Shown: positions 11,735 through 25,414 of the stretch, piece after piece
How the letters are laid out: every line of letters starts with the position of its first letter
Position numbering within the stretch: the stretch's first letter is position 1
DNA from: Mobula birostris
Lineage: Eukaryota
Direction: 5' to 3'
Assembly (NCBI RefSeq): GCF_030028105.1
Contig: NC_092376.1
Coordinates: 35,016,935-35,080,934, forward strand
Length of the DNA stretch: 64,000 nucleotides
Translations under genes and position numbers: made by a program
The notes under the pieces: model-generated
The model's input: the letters and a program-made list of their open reading frames with translations, nothing else
Told to the model about the DNA's origin: nothing
Databases searched by the model: none

Positions 11735-14700
11735 GTTACATAGCACATAGAATATAAAACAGCACAGCACAGTTAAGGCCCTTTGGCCCACAATGACGTA
11801 CAGACCTTTTAATGTACTCCAAGGTCAATCTAACCTTTCCCTCTTATACAACCTCTCCATTTTTCTTTCATCTGTGTGCCTATCTAAGAGTCTCTTAAAT
11901 AATCCCTAATGTATTACCACCCCTGGCAGTGCATTCCATACACTTACCACTCACTGTGTGTATAAAAAAATCTACCCCTCACACCACCCTATGCTCTCTT
12001 CCAAATCTATTGAAATAACAACTTTCATGTTAGCCATTGCCACTCTGAGGAAAAAGGTGCTGTCTACTCACTTTATCATACATACCTCTGACAAGACACC
12101 TCTCATTCTCCTTTCCTACAAAATGAAAAGTTCTACCATGCTCAACCTTTCCTCATAAGACATACTCTCTAATTCAGGCAGCATCCTGGTAAATCTCCTC
12201 TGCACCCTCTCTAAAGCTTCCACATCCTTTCTATATTGCGGCAACCAGAACTGAATATGATACTCCCAAATGTGGTCCAAAATGTTTTATAGAGCTGCAA
12301 TATTACTTCACAGCTCTTGAACTCAATCCCCCAACTAATGAAGGCTAACACTCCATACACCTTCTAAACTATCCTATCAACCTGTGTGACAACTTTGAGG
12401 GATCTATGGATGTGGACCCTAAGATCCCTCTTTTTTCCAATGCTACTAAGAGTCCTGCTATTGATCTTGTATTCTGCTTTCAAGTTTGATCATTTAAAAT
12501 GTATCACATCACTTTCTTCTGGAACGCCATCTGCCACTTCTCTGCCCAGCTGTGCATCCTATCGATGTCCCATTGTAATCTACGACAACCTTCTATACTA
12601 TCCAGAATACCACAAATCTTTGTGTCATTTGCAAACTCGCTAACCCATGCTTCTACTTTCTCATCTAAATCATTTATAAAAAATCACACAGAGCAGGGTT
12701 CAGGAACAAATCCCTGCAGAACATCACTAGTCACCGACTTCCTGGTAGAATATGCTCCAACTACTACCACCTTCTACCTTCTGTAGGCAAGCCAATTCTG
12801 AATCCATCCATGGATCCATGTTTCCTGACTTTCTGAATGATCCTACAATGGGGAGTTATATCAAACGTCATTCTAAAATCCATATACACCACATCCAAAG
12901 CTCTACCTTCATCAATTTGTCACTTCCTCGAAGAATTCTTTCAGGTTCATGAGGCTGACCTATGCCTCACAAAGCCATGTTGATTATCCCCAATCAGACT
13001 ATGCCTCTCCAAATGCTCATAAACCCTGTCCCTAAGAATCCTTCCCAACATTTTGTCCACCATCGATGTAAGCCTCACTGGTCTATAATTCACAGGATTA
13101 ATGCTATCACCTTTTTTTTTGAACAAAGGAATGATGTTTACCATTCTCCAGTTCTCTGGTACTACTACTGTAGCTAGAGAGGATGCAAAGGTCATTGCCA
13201 ATGGTACAACAATCTCTTCCCTCGCTTCCCATAGTAACCTGGGATATGTCCCATACATCCCCGCAGACTTGTCAACCTTAATGTTACTACACCGCTCCAA
13301 CACTGCTTCTTCCGTAACCTCAACAAGCAGTAGCACATTAGTCTGTTCTACACTGATCTTACATTCATAAAGGTCCCTCTTCCTGGTGAACACTGCACTA
13401 TTCATAAAGGATGTGTCCTACCTCCTGTGCCACAGCATGTTTTGCCCTTTACCCTTGAGTAGTCCTCACCTTATTCTTTACGTACAGAGCCTTGAAAAAT
13501 TATTTACCCCTCACAACTATTTTCACATTTTATTGTCTCATTTTCTATATTTAAAATATATTGAAGTAGGATTTTTTAGCTAATGTACAAAACATTGTGC
13601 GTCATTTGAAATTAAAAGAAAAATTCCAAAACCTATCAACAGTTTACTAAGAATTAGAAACCAAAATATTGAGGGTGGAAAAAGTATTCAGCCCCTTTGT
13701 AATGACTATGCTACACTATACAGGTGCAATGCTATATATTACCTTACCAACTCACCCAATTTGTTGACGTAGAAAATTGGAGGATCACCTGTTTTCAATG
13801 ATTTCATAATAAATACCCTTTCTCTCTATAAGGTCCAACGGTATGGTATATTTTCACCAGACCAAACCAAAATGAAGACAAAAGAGCATTCTAGATAAGT
13901 CAGGGAAATGATAATAGAGAAGCACAAATCTAGTAAAGGGTGCAAGACCACCTCAACGACATTGAACGTCCCTTGGAGCTCAGTATAGTCCATTGTGGGA
14001 AAAAAAATGAAACCACAGTCACACTGCCTCGGTCAAAATACTCCTCTCAACTTTGTCACCAGAGAAGAATGGCACTTGTAAAAGAAGCTACTGTAACACC
14101 AGTGGTCACTGACTGAGCTGCGGAAGTCAATGGCTACAACTGGAGACAAAGTTCATAGCTCCACATTCTCTAGGGTCTTGCACAAAAAGGGTATTTATGA
14201 AAGAGTGGCAAGGAAGAAGCTGTTTTTTTTTAAAAAAAACATATCCTTGCCTGTAAAGACTTTGCAAAACTCACTTAGAAGATACTGTAAAGATGTGGAA
14301 GAAGGTCTTGTGGTCGGGTGAGACTAAAATGGAACTTTTTGGCCTCATCGCTAAGCTGTATGTATAGTGTAAATCTAATACGGCAGGTCAACCAGGTCTG
14401 CAGTACGGTAGAGGTAGCATCGTGCTATGGGCATGCTCTTCAGCAGCAGGGACTGGAAATCTGGTCAGGATTGATGGGAAGATGAAAGCTGCTAAATACA
14501 GAGAGATCCTGGATAAAAACCTACAACCCTCTGCCAGAAAGCTTAAACTGGGAAGGGGGTTCATCTTTCAAGAGGACAATGATCCAAAGCACACTGGCAG
14601 AGTGACCACAGAGTAGCTTCAAATGAAGAAAATTGATGTCCTGGAGTGGCCCGGTCAGAATCCTGACCTTAACCCAATCAAACATCTCTGGCAAGACCGC

Positions 14701-15385
14701 AAGATTGCTGTCTACTGCCGCTCCCCAACTAACCTGGTACAGCTTGAGCAATTTTGCAAGGAAGAATGGGCAAATCTTGCTTCATCACATTATACAAAGC
14801 TAATAGAGACTTATCCAGAAAGACTACTGGCTGTAATAGCTGTGAGAGGTGGTTCAACCAAGTACTGAGCAAAGGGGGACGAATACTTTTGAACTCCATA
14901 CATCTCAGTTTTTGAATTTTTAGTGTTTCATGCTTTACAATTTTCCCTTTTAGGGGCCTGCTGTGAAAAAAGAAACATGATTCACAAATGAAAACTCTCA
15001 ATTAAACTGATCAAAATCCCTGGTTGTAGTACTCATTGGAACAAAGAGTAGGGGCTGAATACTTTTACAGGCACTGTACGTGAATGCCATGGGGCTTTCC
15101 CTAATTCTACTCACCAAGGCCTTCTCACGTCTCCTTTTAGCTATCCTAAGCTTCTTAAAGTTCCTTCATGGCTACCTTATAACTGTTAAGAGTCCTGTCT
15201 GATCCTTGCTTCATAAACCTCAAGTATGCTTCCTCCTTGCTCTTGACTAGATGATCCACTTCTCTTGTCAACTATTATTTCTTCATTCTACCACCCTTTC
15301 CCTGCCTCAGTGGCACAAACCTCTCCAGAACCCCATACAAGTGCTCCCTAAGCAACCTCCACCTTTCCATTATACATTTTCCTGA
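11735..15385 (-). mobile_element. CR1 LINE (decayed ORF2), interrupted by a Tc1
   Basis: KVDKSAGMYGTYPRLLWEAREEI...NYRPVRLTS...QHGFV. The sequence resumes after 15078. Confidence 0.85.
13485..15076 (+). mobile_element. Tc1/mariner DNA transposon (IR/DR type), second copy
   Basis: TA|CAGAGC...GCACTG|TA. Transposase remnants FQEDNDPKH and WPGQNPDLNPIKHLW, ending RGGSTKY*. Multiple frameshifts. Confidence 0.92.
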
Positions 15386-15386
15386 G

Positions 15387-17225
15387 TACATAGAACAGAA
15401 AGATACAGCACATAACATGCCCTTCAGCCCACAATGTTGTGCTGACCATGTAATCTACAATAGAAACTGCCTAGAATTTCCCTACCACATAGCCCTTTAT
15501 TTTTCTATGCTCCATGTATCTGTCTAAGAGTCTCTTAAAAGACCCTATTGTATCCGCCTCCACCACTGTCGCCGGCAGTGCATTCCACGCACTCACCACT
15601 CTCTGTCTGAAAAGCTTATCTCTGACATCCCCTACTTCTAAGCCCCTTAAAATTATGCCCCCTCATGTTAGCCATTTGAGCCCTGGAAAAAAGCTTCTGG
15701 CTGCTTAAATGATCAATGCCTGTCATCATCTTATACACCTCTAGCAGGTCACCTCTTATCCTCCATTGCTCCAAGGAGAAAAGGCAAAGTTCACTCAACC
15801 TATCCTCATAAGACACACTCTCCAATCCAGGCAATATCCTTGTAAATCTCCTCTGCACTCTCTCTCATAGTATCCACATCCAGTAGTGAGGTGACCAGAA
15901 CTGAACACAGTACTCCAAGTGGGGTCTGACCAATGTCTTGTATAGGGGGAACGTCGACTTGGACCATAAGAGGCCTGCATTGAACATTTTCATGCCTTAC
16001 AAGTCGCAGATTGGAAGTCTGTATGGGGCGCCACTCCTCGCACAGACTAGAGCAATGTGTGATGTCTTGTTTAGCTATGACATTACCTCACAGCTCTTGA
16101 ACTTAATCCCACGGTTGATGAATGTCAACCTTCTTAACAACACTGTCAACCTGCGCAGCAGCTTTGAGTGTCCTATGGACACAGACCCCAAGATCTCTCT
16201 GATCCTCCACACTGCCAGGAGCCTTACCATTAATACTATATTCTGTCTTCAAATTGGACCTACCAAAATGAACCACCTCACACTTATCTGGGTTGAACTC
16301 CATCTGCCACTTCTCAGCCCAGTTCTGCATCCTATTGATGTCCCGCTGTAACCTCTGACAACCCTCCAGACTATCCACAACACCCCCAACCTTTGTGTCA
16401 TCAGCAAACTTACTAACCCACCGTTCTACTTCTTCATCCATATCATTTATAAAAATCAAACAGAGGAGGGGTCCCAGAACAGATCCCTGCGGAACACCAC
16501 TGGTCACTGACCTCCATGCAGAATATGAACCATCTACAACCACCCTTTGCCTTCTGTGGGCAAGCTAATTCTGGATCCACAAAGCAAGGTCTCCTTGGAT
16601 CCCATGCCTCCCATACATGTGTTCCTAATTTACTATCAAACGTTCCTGCCTAATAACATCATTATTCAGCATCCCTAATTAAATATTTTCCTGTACAGTC
16701 TACTCCTGTTCCTGTCCAAGACAATTCTAAAAGTCTTGGGGTACCGGGTCAGTCACCGAAATGTTCACCCACCAAGAGATGTGTCTCCTGACCAGGTTCA
16801 TCGCCTAGTACCACATCTAGTATGGCCTCTCCTCTAGTCGGCCTGTGTACATATTCTATCAGGAATCCTTCCTGGACACGCCTATCAAAATCTGGCCCAT
16901 CTAAACCTTTTGAATTGAAGAGGTGTTTATCAATATTAGGGAAGTTGAAAACACTCATGACGACAGCCCAGTTATTTTTGTACCTTTCCAAATCTGCTTC
17001 CTGATCTGCTCCTCAGTGTCTCTGTTGCTCCTGGTGGGGAAGGGGGAGTGGTTGTGGGGTGAAGGCTACAGAGAAATCCCAATAGAATGATTGCTCTCTT
17101 CCTATTTCTGACTTCCACCCTCATGGCATCCTCCCTTCCTGCAGCTGTGATACTATCCCTGATTAATGATGCCACTCTCCCATCTGTTCTACCTCCCTCC
17201 CTGTCCCTTTTGAAAACATTTAAAC
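15387..17225 (-). mobile_element. CR1 LINE with internal deletion; contains a 116-bp truncated SINE insert (15946-16061)
   Basis: [13 protein letters not shown]...KFADDTK RT motifs and endonuclease PTRGEAILD. The insert is flanked by ATGTCTTGT(A/T)TAG duplications at 15933-15945 and 16062-16074. Confidence 0.85.
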
Positions 17226-17744
17226 CTCTTCACTCACTGAAGTCAATGTCCGTTAGTTGTCCAACATGTTATTAAGTGATGCTGGTATATGCACAAGTCA
17301 TTTTGAGAAAACTGGAAAGGTGCCTGGAAATAATTGCATTCCCATAATGTTTTAGATTTTCTAAAAAGTTTAAAAAATGAAGTTCTAAATACACCTGTCA
17401 ACAGAATGAATCCATTAATAAGCTATGGCTAGGGGCCATGTCTTTAGTAGGCGAATACATTAAAAAAAAGTAAATGGATAATATAAGAACACAATGGCAC
17501 ACAGTTCTGTAGTTGCTGTAGATTTATTGGAAGCATCTAAATAACAAGGAAGCACTATTGACTGGTCTACACAGACAAGTAAACGAGCTGTGAGTATGTA
17601 GATCCATAGATACTGCGAGATCCACTTAGTTCAATTATAGCTTTTTATATCACTAGGGAAATCTTGCACCAGATTGGATATTTGTTTTTGTGCCACTTTT
17701 ATCAACACAAAGTTCTATCCATTTCAGAACTGAAAAAAGATTAC

Positions 17745-19295
17745 AGAGGAGTAAGAGTTTGCTGTCCTGAGGCAAATTAGGGTGGATAAATCCCCAGGGC
17801 CTAACAAGATGTTCCCTCGGACCCTGCGGTTGGCAAGTGCAGAAATTGCCAGGGCCCTAGCAGAGATATTTAAGTCATCCTTGGCGACAGGATTGGTGGA
17901 TAGCCAATATTGTTCCGCTATTCAAGAAAGGCTCCAAAAATAAACCAGGAAATTTTAGGCAGGTGAGCCTTACTTCAGTCATGGGGAAGTTATTGGAAGG
18001 AATTCTGAGGCACCAGATATATATAAAAGTATTTGGATAGACGTGGACTGAATAAGGATAGTCAGCATGGCTTTGTGCGTGGTAGGTCTTATCTAACCAA
18101 TCTTACAGAGTTTTTAAAAGTTGTTATCAGGAAAGTTGACGAAGGCAAGGCAGTGTATGGTGTCTCCATGGGCTTTAGTAAGGCATTTGACAAGGTTCCG
18201 TTTGGGAGATTAATCAAGAAGATCCAGTCACTCAGTATTCAAGATGAGGTAGTAAATTGGATTAGACATTGGCTTTGTGGGAGAGGCCACAGAGTGGTAG
18301 TAGATGGTTGCCTCTCTGACTGAAGGCCATTGACTAGTGGAGTGTTGCAGGGATGGGTGCAGGGTCAGGTGTTGTTTGTCATCTGTCTCAATGATCTGGA
18401 TGATAATGTAGTAAACTGAATCAGCAAATTTGCAGATGACACCAAATTTGAGGATGTAGTAGACAGCGAGGAAGGCTATGAAGGCTTGCAGCAGCATTTG
18501 GACCAGCTGGAAAAATGTCTGAAAAATGGCAGATGGCATTTAATGCAAATAAGTGTGACATGTTGCACTTCAGTAGGACCAACCAGGATAGACCTTACAC
18601 AATGAGCGGTAGGCAAGTAAGGAGTACAGCAGAGCTGAGGGATCTGGGAACACAGATCCATAATTCGTTGAAAGTAGCAACACAGCTAGATACGGATGTA
18701 AAGAAAGCTTTTGGCACATTGGGCTTCATAAATCAATGTATTGAGTAGAGGAGATGGGATCTTATGTTGAAGTTGTATAAGGGATTGTTGAGGCCTAATT
18801 TGGAGTATTGTGTGCAGTTTTGGTCTCCTGCATATAGGAAAGATGTAAGTAAGGTTGAAAGAGTACAGAAAAAAATTTACAAGGATGTTGCCAGGTCTGG
18901 AAGACCTGAGCTATAAGGAAGGATTAAATATGTTAGAACTTTATTCATTTGGACGTAGAAGATTAAGGGGAGGTTTGATAGAGGTATGTAAAATTATGAC
19001 TGATATGGATATGGTAAATGTTAGGTCATGGGTTAAGGGTGAAAGATAGAAAGTTTAAGAGGAACATGAGGGGAAACTTCTTCACTCAGAGGGTTGTGAA
19101 GAGTGTGGAATGAGCTGCCAGCACAAGTGATGCATGCAAGCTTGATTTCAATGTTCAGGTGAAGTTTGGATAGGAACATAGATGGTTGGGGTATGGTCAC
19201 TGTGCAGGTTGATGGGAGTAGGCAGTTTAACTGGTTTGGCACAGAATAGGTGGGCCGAATGGTCTATTTCTATGCTGTACATTTTTATGATTCTA
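17745..19295 (+). mobile_element. CR1 LINE, 5'-truncated
   Basis: QHGFVRGRSYLTNL...FSKAFDKVP and FADDTK. CR1-type TTCTATG 3' end. Confidence 0.88.
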
Positions 19296-19556
19296 ATACT
19301 TTAAAGACTAGATGATTTAAACCTGAACTAAAAACACATGCTCAAAGCATTCAGCAAGTTAAGCAGCATCTGTAGATATAGAGTTAATATTTCAGCTTTA
19401 AGCCTTCTTGTCAGAACACTCAAGGAAACGTTTTAACCAGACCCATTAACTTTCTGTATCCATGAATGCCACTGAACCTGCTGAATGTTTCCTGTTCTGA
19501 AACTAAATGCATCTCTGGTTTCCTTAAATTTTATTGTTATTTACCTTGTGTTTTAG

Positions 19557-19672
19557 GATCCAAGCTCATTCCCTTCTGGAGTTGGCTACAGATGGGTAAA
19601 GATCTCCTCTTCATTCGATTACGTTACCTTACCGGTGCCTGGAATCTAGAAATACCCAAAAAAGTTAATTAA
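19557..19672 (+). CDS. ALG5: ALG5 terminal coding exon
   Basis: TAG acceptor. (G)SKLIPFWSWLQMGKDLLFIRLRYLTGAWNLEIPKKVN*. Confidence 0.96.
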
Positions 19673-19804
19673 GTTATTGCACTGTAACTAAGGTGAAAGG
19701 AATTGTCAACACAAATATAATCAGGGGATATGATGAGACAAGAAACTTGCTGTAGATGGCAGCAAAGTTTATTTTGCTTTCATTTTGTAAATTGCATGCC
19801 GGTG

Positions 19805-19810
19805 AATAAA
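19805..19810 (+). terminator. Candidate ALG5 polyadenylation signal AATAAA
   Basis: First AATAAA downstream of the stop codon. Use is not verified. Confidence 0.45.
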
Positions 19811-22256
19811 GTGGAATATACAGGTTGAATTATTGGTTAACTCTAAAGTTAAAAAGACTCAACCAAAAAGATACACCACAGGGGTTATGTTTAATGGTTT
19901 ATCGCCCTCTTGTCATTGTAATAACATGTTGTAGTTCCTTTTTCTGTAAATTCAGACAATGTATATTTTGTGCTGTATAATTGACAGCACTGTCTTAAAA
20001 CAGTCTTGTATAATTTGGTTGCCAAATTCAAAAGAACTGCCATGCCTCATTATGGGTGAAGCATGAGTAAATGATGAAGTTGTACTTGTGTTTCTTATTT
20101 GTAATCCTTTATTCTGTATATGGATTATTTGATTTCATTATTAATTATTAAGCAGTTCAGATTCCTAAGTACAGATTTCATTAGCTGAGATAAAATCGAA
20201 TAGAGCTGGTCTTAAAAACAAAAAAGCACTCCGGCATCATTTGTAGCAAAAAAGGACAAAGAGTTAATCAGGTTTTTTCCACTGAGGTTGGGTGGGATTA
20301 TAACTCACCCATCAGAATTTTTTTCATCAGAATTGGGAAATGAGAGAAAGCACATTAGATGTAAGTTGGTTGATAAAAGGTCTGTGTTCTCTTTTCACAG
20401 AAACTGCCTGGCCAGCATTTATTCTTTTTATTTTGAATTTCCAGCATCTACAGTTGGTTTAAACTTTTAAAGTGGGATTTATGTTAGGGAAGTTTCAACA
20501 TTAAACTTGTGGTTGATTTTGGTTAATTAACCTAAATTTTAAGGACTTCATTTGAATCACTGTAACTTGAAACTCAATTTTTTTCTGTTCACAACATTTT
20601 AATTAAAAATTATAAAGGCTAACTTTGGAATATCTTTTGTATTCCTAGATAATAACACACAGATTTAGAAAAATCCTACCCTTGGGACTCTAGATCCCCA
20701 AACCACAACGTTACGAGAAAATTTTAATAATGTCTACAATTCACTTCATTGCTGAAAAGATTTTTGGGATGTTCTGAGTGTCAAAGGTGCTATATAAATG
20801 TAAAGCTGTCTTTTCTATTTTCAAAATGTGATGGTTTACTGAATATTCTTTCTAAGCACTTGTATTATTTAATATTGGAGAGATTATACAGATATCTAAA
20901 GTGTCAGTCAAAACAAGATGGGTATTCAATGTCATGAGCACAGGATATTGAATAAATTTATAAACAAACACAGATTAAATTGGGTCTGCTTGTTTGTAAT
21001 TAGAGTATTTCCAATAGTGAGTAATCAAAAAATATTTAAAGCAGAATTAGTAGAAGATGCAAACTGGATTGTTTGGCTTAAAGATCTATTCTGATGTCCC
21101 TCATTCCCTGTACTTAAATGATCACATGCATTAGATCTGTTCATCTTGAACACAGACCAATTCTTGCAGAATGATATGCAGTTTTCTTATGTTGCTGTGA
21201 AGTACAAGGAGTTTCTTTGTCATTGTTTGTGCAGCCACAGATTTCATCAAATTCTTGTCCAAATAATAAAGCCATGAGTAAAATTTTATGAAAGATTACA
21301 GCAAAATGTGAACAGATGTCAGATTCAAATTTAGAACCAAAATAGCATCACGATCTCTTAAGAATCAGTTAATTTAAAAGTTGCCAAGTTATAGAATGGA
21401 TTGTCCAGGATGCATGTAACCTAACCCAGGAGAATATATTTGTAGTAGATAACGAGAGGCAACTGATCTCAGATACATTGTTCGACTGGAGCAGCTCTGG
21501 TTGTTGTCCTTGGAATAAAAATCAAGAGGAGATATGATAGAGATCATAACTAATTTGATAAATGTCTAACATCATAAACAAGATGTTGTTTGTAGAAGTG
21601 ATGTTTTTAAAGAGGGAATTGGTTACACACTGAGAGAAAATAGCGGAAAAAAACAAGGAAATCCACCTGTTTTGATTTACCAATTAAGTGCTGTCTCCGT
21701 GCCCTTGAATAGTTCCATTCTATGGTGTAACAGTTCTGTAATTTATACTTCCAACTGCTTTCATTTTGAATATCATTGTGAAGTCCAGTATTTTCCTCAT
21801 GTTTAATATTTTTAAATTATGTCTACATATTCAAATGTAAGTGTTGGTCCCGTACCCTGGAACACCAATCTATACACCTCATACCTGTCAAAACATCTTT
21901 TAACCACCATTTGTTTACTAACCCTTAGTCAAATTTGTAACCATGCTAATCGTGAACATTTCACATTTTAGACTTCAGTTTTGCTAACATGTCCTACCTA
22001 CTTCATAGATATTTATTGGGTTCCATATATAGCATCACCCTCATCCACTTTATTTGATAAATCCAAGCTAAGTATGTTACTGTATTATTCAAGTGGCTGT
22101 ACATTTTCTCCTGGATTAGTTTGTAAAGCCTTTCCTGAAGCCCAATGTTAAATTGGCACTAGATCCTTTTTGGCTTATAATTGCCAAATTTAAGCAACAC
22201 ACATCAAAATTGCTGGTGAACGCAGCAGGCCAAGCAGCATCTGTAGGAAGAGGTGC

Positions 22257-22292
22257 AGTCGACGTTTCAGGCCGAGACCCTTCGTCAGGACT
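22257..22292 (-). ncRNA. Minimal hammerhead ribozyme motif in the inverted Penelope arm
   Basis: Minus strand reads AGTC CTGACGA AGGGTCTCGGCCT GAAAC GTC GACT. Confidence 0.75.
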
Positions 22293-23091
22293 AACTGAAG
22301 GAAGAGTGAGTAAGGGATTTGAAAGTTGGAGGGGGAGGGGGAGATCCAAAATGATAGGAGAAGACAGAAGGGGGAGGGATAGAGCCAAGAGCTGGACAGG
22401 TGATGGGCAAAAGGCGATACGAGAGGATCATGGGACAGGAGGTACGGGAAGAAAGACAAGGGGGGGGGGACCCAGAGGATGGGCAAGAGGTATATTCAGA
22501 GGGACAGAGGGAGAAAAAGGAGAGTGAGAGAGAGAATGTGTGCATAAAAATAAGTAACAGATGGGGTACGAGGGGCAGGTGGGGCCTAGCGGAAGTAAAA
22601 GAAGTCGATGCTCATGCCATCAGGTTGGAGGCTACCCAGACGGAATATAAGGTGTTGTTCCTCCAACCTGAGTGTGGCTTCATCTTTACAGTAGAGGAGG
22701 CCGTGGATAGACATGTCAGAATGGGAATGGGATGTGGAATTAAAATGTGTGGCCACTGGGAGATCCTGCTTTCTCTGGCGGACAGAGCGTAGATGTTCAG
22801 CAAAGCGGTCTCCCAGTCTGCGTCGGGTCTCGCCAATATATAAAAGGCCACATCAGGGGCACCGGACGCAGTATATCACCCCAGTCGACTCACAGGTGAA
22901 GTATTGCCTCACCTGGAAGGACTGTTTGGGGCCCTGAATGGTGGTAAGGGAGGAAGTGTAAGGGCATGTGTAGCACTTGTTCCGCTTACACGGATAAGTG
23001 CCAGGGGGGAGATCAGTGGGGAGGGATGGGGGGGACAAATGGACAAGGGAGTTGTGTAGGGAGTGATCCCTGCAGAATTCAGAGAGAGGGG

Positions 23092-24790
23092 TGATCGTGA
23101 CCCCACTAAGGAGCACCAGGCCATTGTCTCCCACACCATCACCGACTTTATCCGCTCAGGGGACCTCCCATCCACTGCTACCAACCTTATAGTTCCCACA
23201 CCCCGCACTTCCCGTTTCTACCTCCTACCCAAGATCCACAAACCTGCCTGTCCTGGCCGACCTACTGTCTCAGCTTGCTCCTGCCCCACCGAACTCATTT
23301 CTGCATACCTCGACACTGTTTTATCACCCCTTGTTCAATCCCTTCCGACCTATGTTCGTGACACTTCTCACGCTCTTAAACTTTTCGATGATTTTAAGTT
23401 CCCTGGCCCCCACCGCTTTATTTTCGCCATGTATGTCCAGTCCTTATATACTTCCATCCCCCATCAGGAAGGTCTCAAAGCTCTACACTTCTTTTTGGAT
23501 TCCAGACCTAATCAGTTCCCCTCTACCACCACTCTGCTCCGTCTAGCGGAATTAGTCCTTACTCTTAATAATTTCTCCTTTGGCTCCTCCCACTTCCTCC
23601 AAACTAAAGGTGTAGCTATGGGCACCCGTATGGGTCCTAGCTATGCCTGCCTTTTTGTTGGGTTTGTGGAACAATCTATGTTCCGTGCCTATTCTGGTAT
23701 CTGTCCCCCACTTTTCCTTCGCTACATCGACGACTGCATTGGCGCTGCTTCCTGCACGCATGCAGAACTCGTTGACTTTATTAACTTTGCCTCCAACTTT
23801 CACCCTGCCCTCAAGTTTACCTGGTCCATTTCTGACACCTCCCTCCCCTTTCTAGATCTTTCTGTCTCTGTCTCTGGAGACAGCTTATCCACTGATGTCT
23901 ACTATAAGCCTACTGACTCTCACAGCTATCTGGACTATTCCTCTTCTCACCCTGTCTCTTGCAAAAACGCCATCCCCTTCTCGCAATTCCTCCGTCTCCG
24001 CCGCATCTGCTCTCAGGATGAGGCTTTTCATTCTAGGACGAGGGAGATGTCTTCCTTTTTTAAAGAAAGGGGCTTCCCTTCCTCCACTATCAACTCTGCT
24101 CTTAAACGCATCTCCCCCATTTCACGTACGTCTGCTCTCACTCCATCCTCCCGCCACCCCACTAGGAATAGGGTTCCCCTGGTCCTCACCTACCACCCCA
24201 CCAGCCTCCGGGTCCAACATATTATTCTCCGTAACTTCCGCCACCTCCAACAGGATCCCACCACTAAGCACATCTTTCCCTACCCCCCTCTCTCTGCATT
24301 CCACAGGGATCACTCCCTACACAACTCCCTTGTCCATTCGTCCCCCCCATCCCTCCCCACTGATCTCCCTCCTGGCACTTATCCGTGTAAGCGGAACAAG
24401 TGCTACACATGCCCTTACACTTCCTCCCTTACCACCATTCAGGGCCCCAAACAGTCCTTCCAGGTGAGGCAACACTTCACCTGTGAGTCGACTGGGGTGA
24501 TATACTGCGTCCGGTGCTCCCGATGGGGCCTTTTATATATTGGTGAGACCCGACGCAGACTGGGAGACCGCTTTGCTGAACATCTACGCTCTGTCCGCCA
24601 GAGAAAGCAGGATCTCCCAGTGGCCACAGATTTTAATTCCACATCCCATTCCCATTCTGACATGTCTATCCACGGCCTCCTCTACTGTAAAGATGAAGCC
24701 ACACTCAGGTTGGAGGAACAACACCTTATATTCCGTCTGGGTAGCCTCCAACCTGATGGCATGAGCATCGACTTCTTTTACTTCCGCTAG
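23092..24790 (+). CDS. Penelope RT + GIY-YIG endonuclease ORF, 5'-truncated, open but probably inactive
   Basis: FYLLPKIHK, GVAMGTRMGPSYA, RYIDD, VIY...YIGET, EHLRS. The RT motif A Asp appears as Tyr (MYVQSLYT). The first ~10 codons of the listed 575-aa ORF come from the inverted arm. Confidence 0.88.
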
Positions 24791-25084
24791 GCCCCACCTG
24801 CCCCTCGTACCCCATCTGTTACTTATTTTTATGCACACATTCTCTCTCTCACTCTCCTTTTTCTCCCTCTGTCCCTCTGAATATACCTCTTGCCCATCCT
24901 CTGGGTCCCCCCCCCCCTTGTCTTTCTTCCCGGACCTCCTGTCCCATGATCCTCTCGTATCCCCTTTTGCCTATCACCTGTCCAGCTCTTGGCTCCATCA
25001 CTCCCCCTCCTGTCTTCTCCTATCATTTTGGATCTCCCCCTCCCCCTCCAACTTTCAAATCCCTTACTCACTCTTCCTTCAGTT

Positions 25085-25120
25085 AGTCCTGACGAAGGGT
25101 CTCAGCCTGAAACGTCGACT
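25085..25120 (+). ncRNA. Minimal hammerhead ribozyme motif in the Penelope pLTR
   Basis: AGTC CTGACGA AGGGTCTCAGCCT GAAAC GTC GACT. Confidence 0.75.
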
Positions 25121-25414
25121 GCACCTCTTCCTACAGATGCTGCTTGGCCTGCTGCGTTCACCAGCAACTTTGATGTGTGTTGCTTGAATTTCCAGCATCT
25201 GCAGAATTCCTGTTAATTGCCAAATTTATCCCGTTTTTAGAATAAGGTAGTACGATGCTTCAAAGCCCCCATTTCTTTTGAATCACCTCATCTAAGTAGG
25301 ATGCAGATTCTACTCTTTCCCCCAGCAATGCTACCTGGACCCAAATGTGATCAATTTGTATTTATTGAGCACCATTTGTATAGCAAAATATTATAAGGTG
25401 TTTAAGGTATAACA

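Larger units (their letters stand above)
22193..25213 (+). mobile_element. Penelope-like retroelement (GIY-YIG type) with ~900-bp inverted 5' arm
   Basis: 15-bp TSD TAATTGCCAAATTTA at 22178-22192 and 25214-25228. 22193-23091 is the reverse complement of about 24285-25184. Confidence 0.95.

Noticed and set aside
22116-22792. Recurrent ORFs such as LLVNAAGQAAS... and VSPDEGSRPETST... (also at 4210-4573, 24829-25216, 37716-37943)
   Set aside because: Spurious translations of the non-coding Penelope pLTR/hammerhead region.
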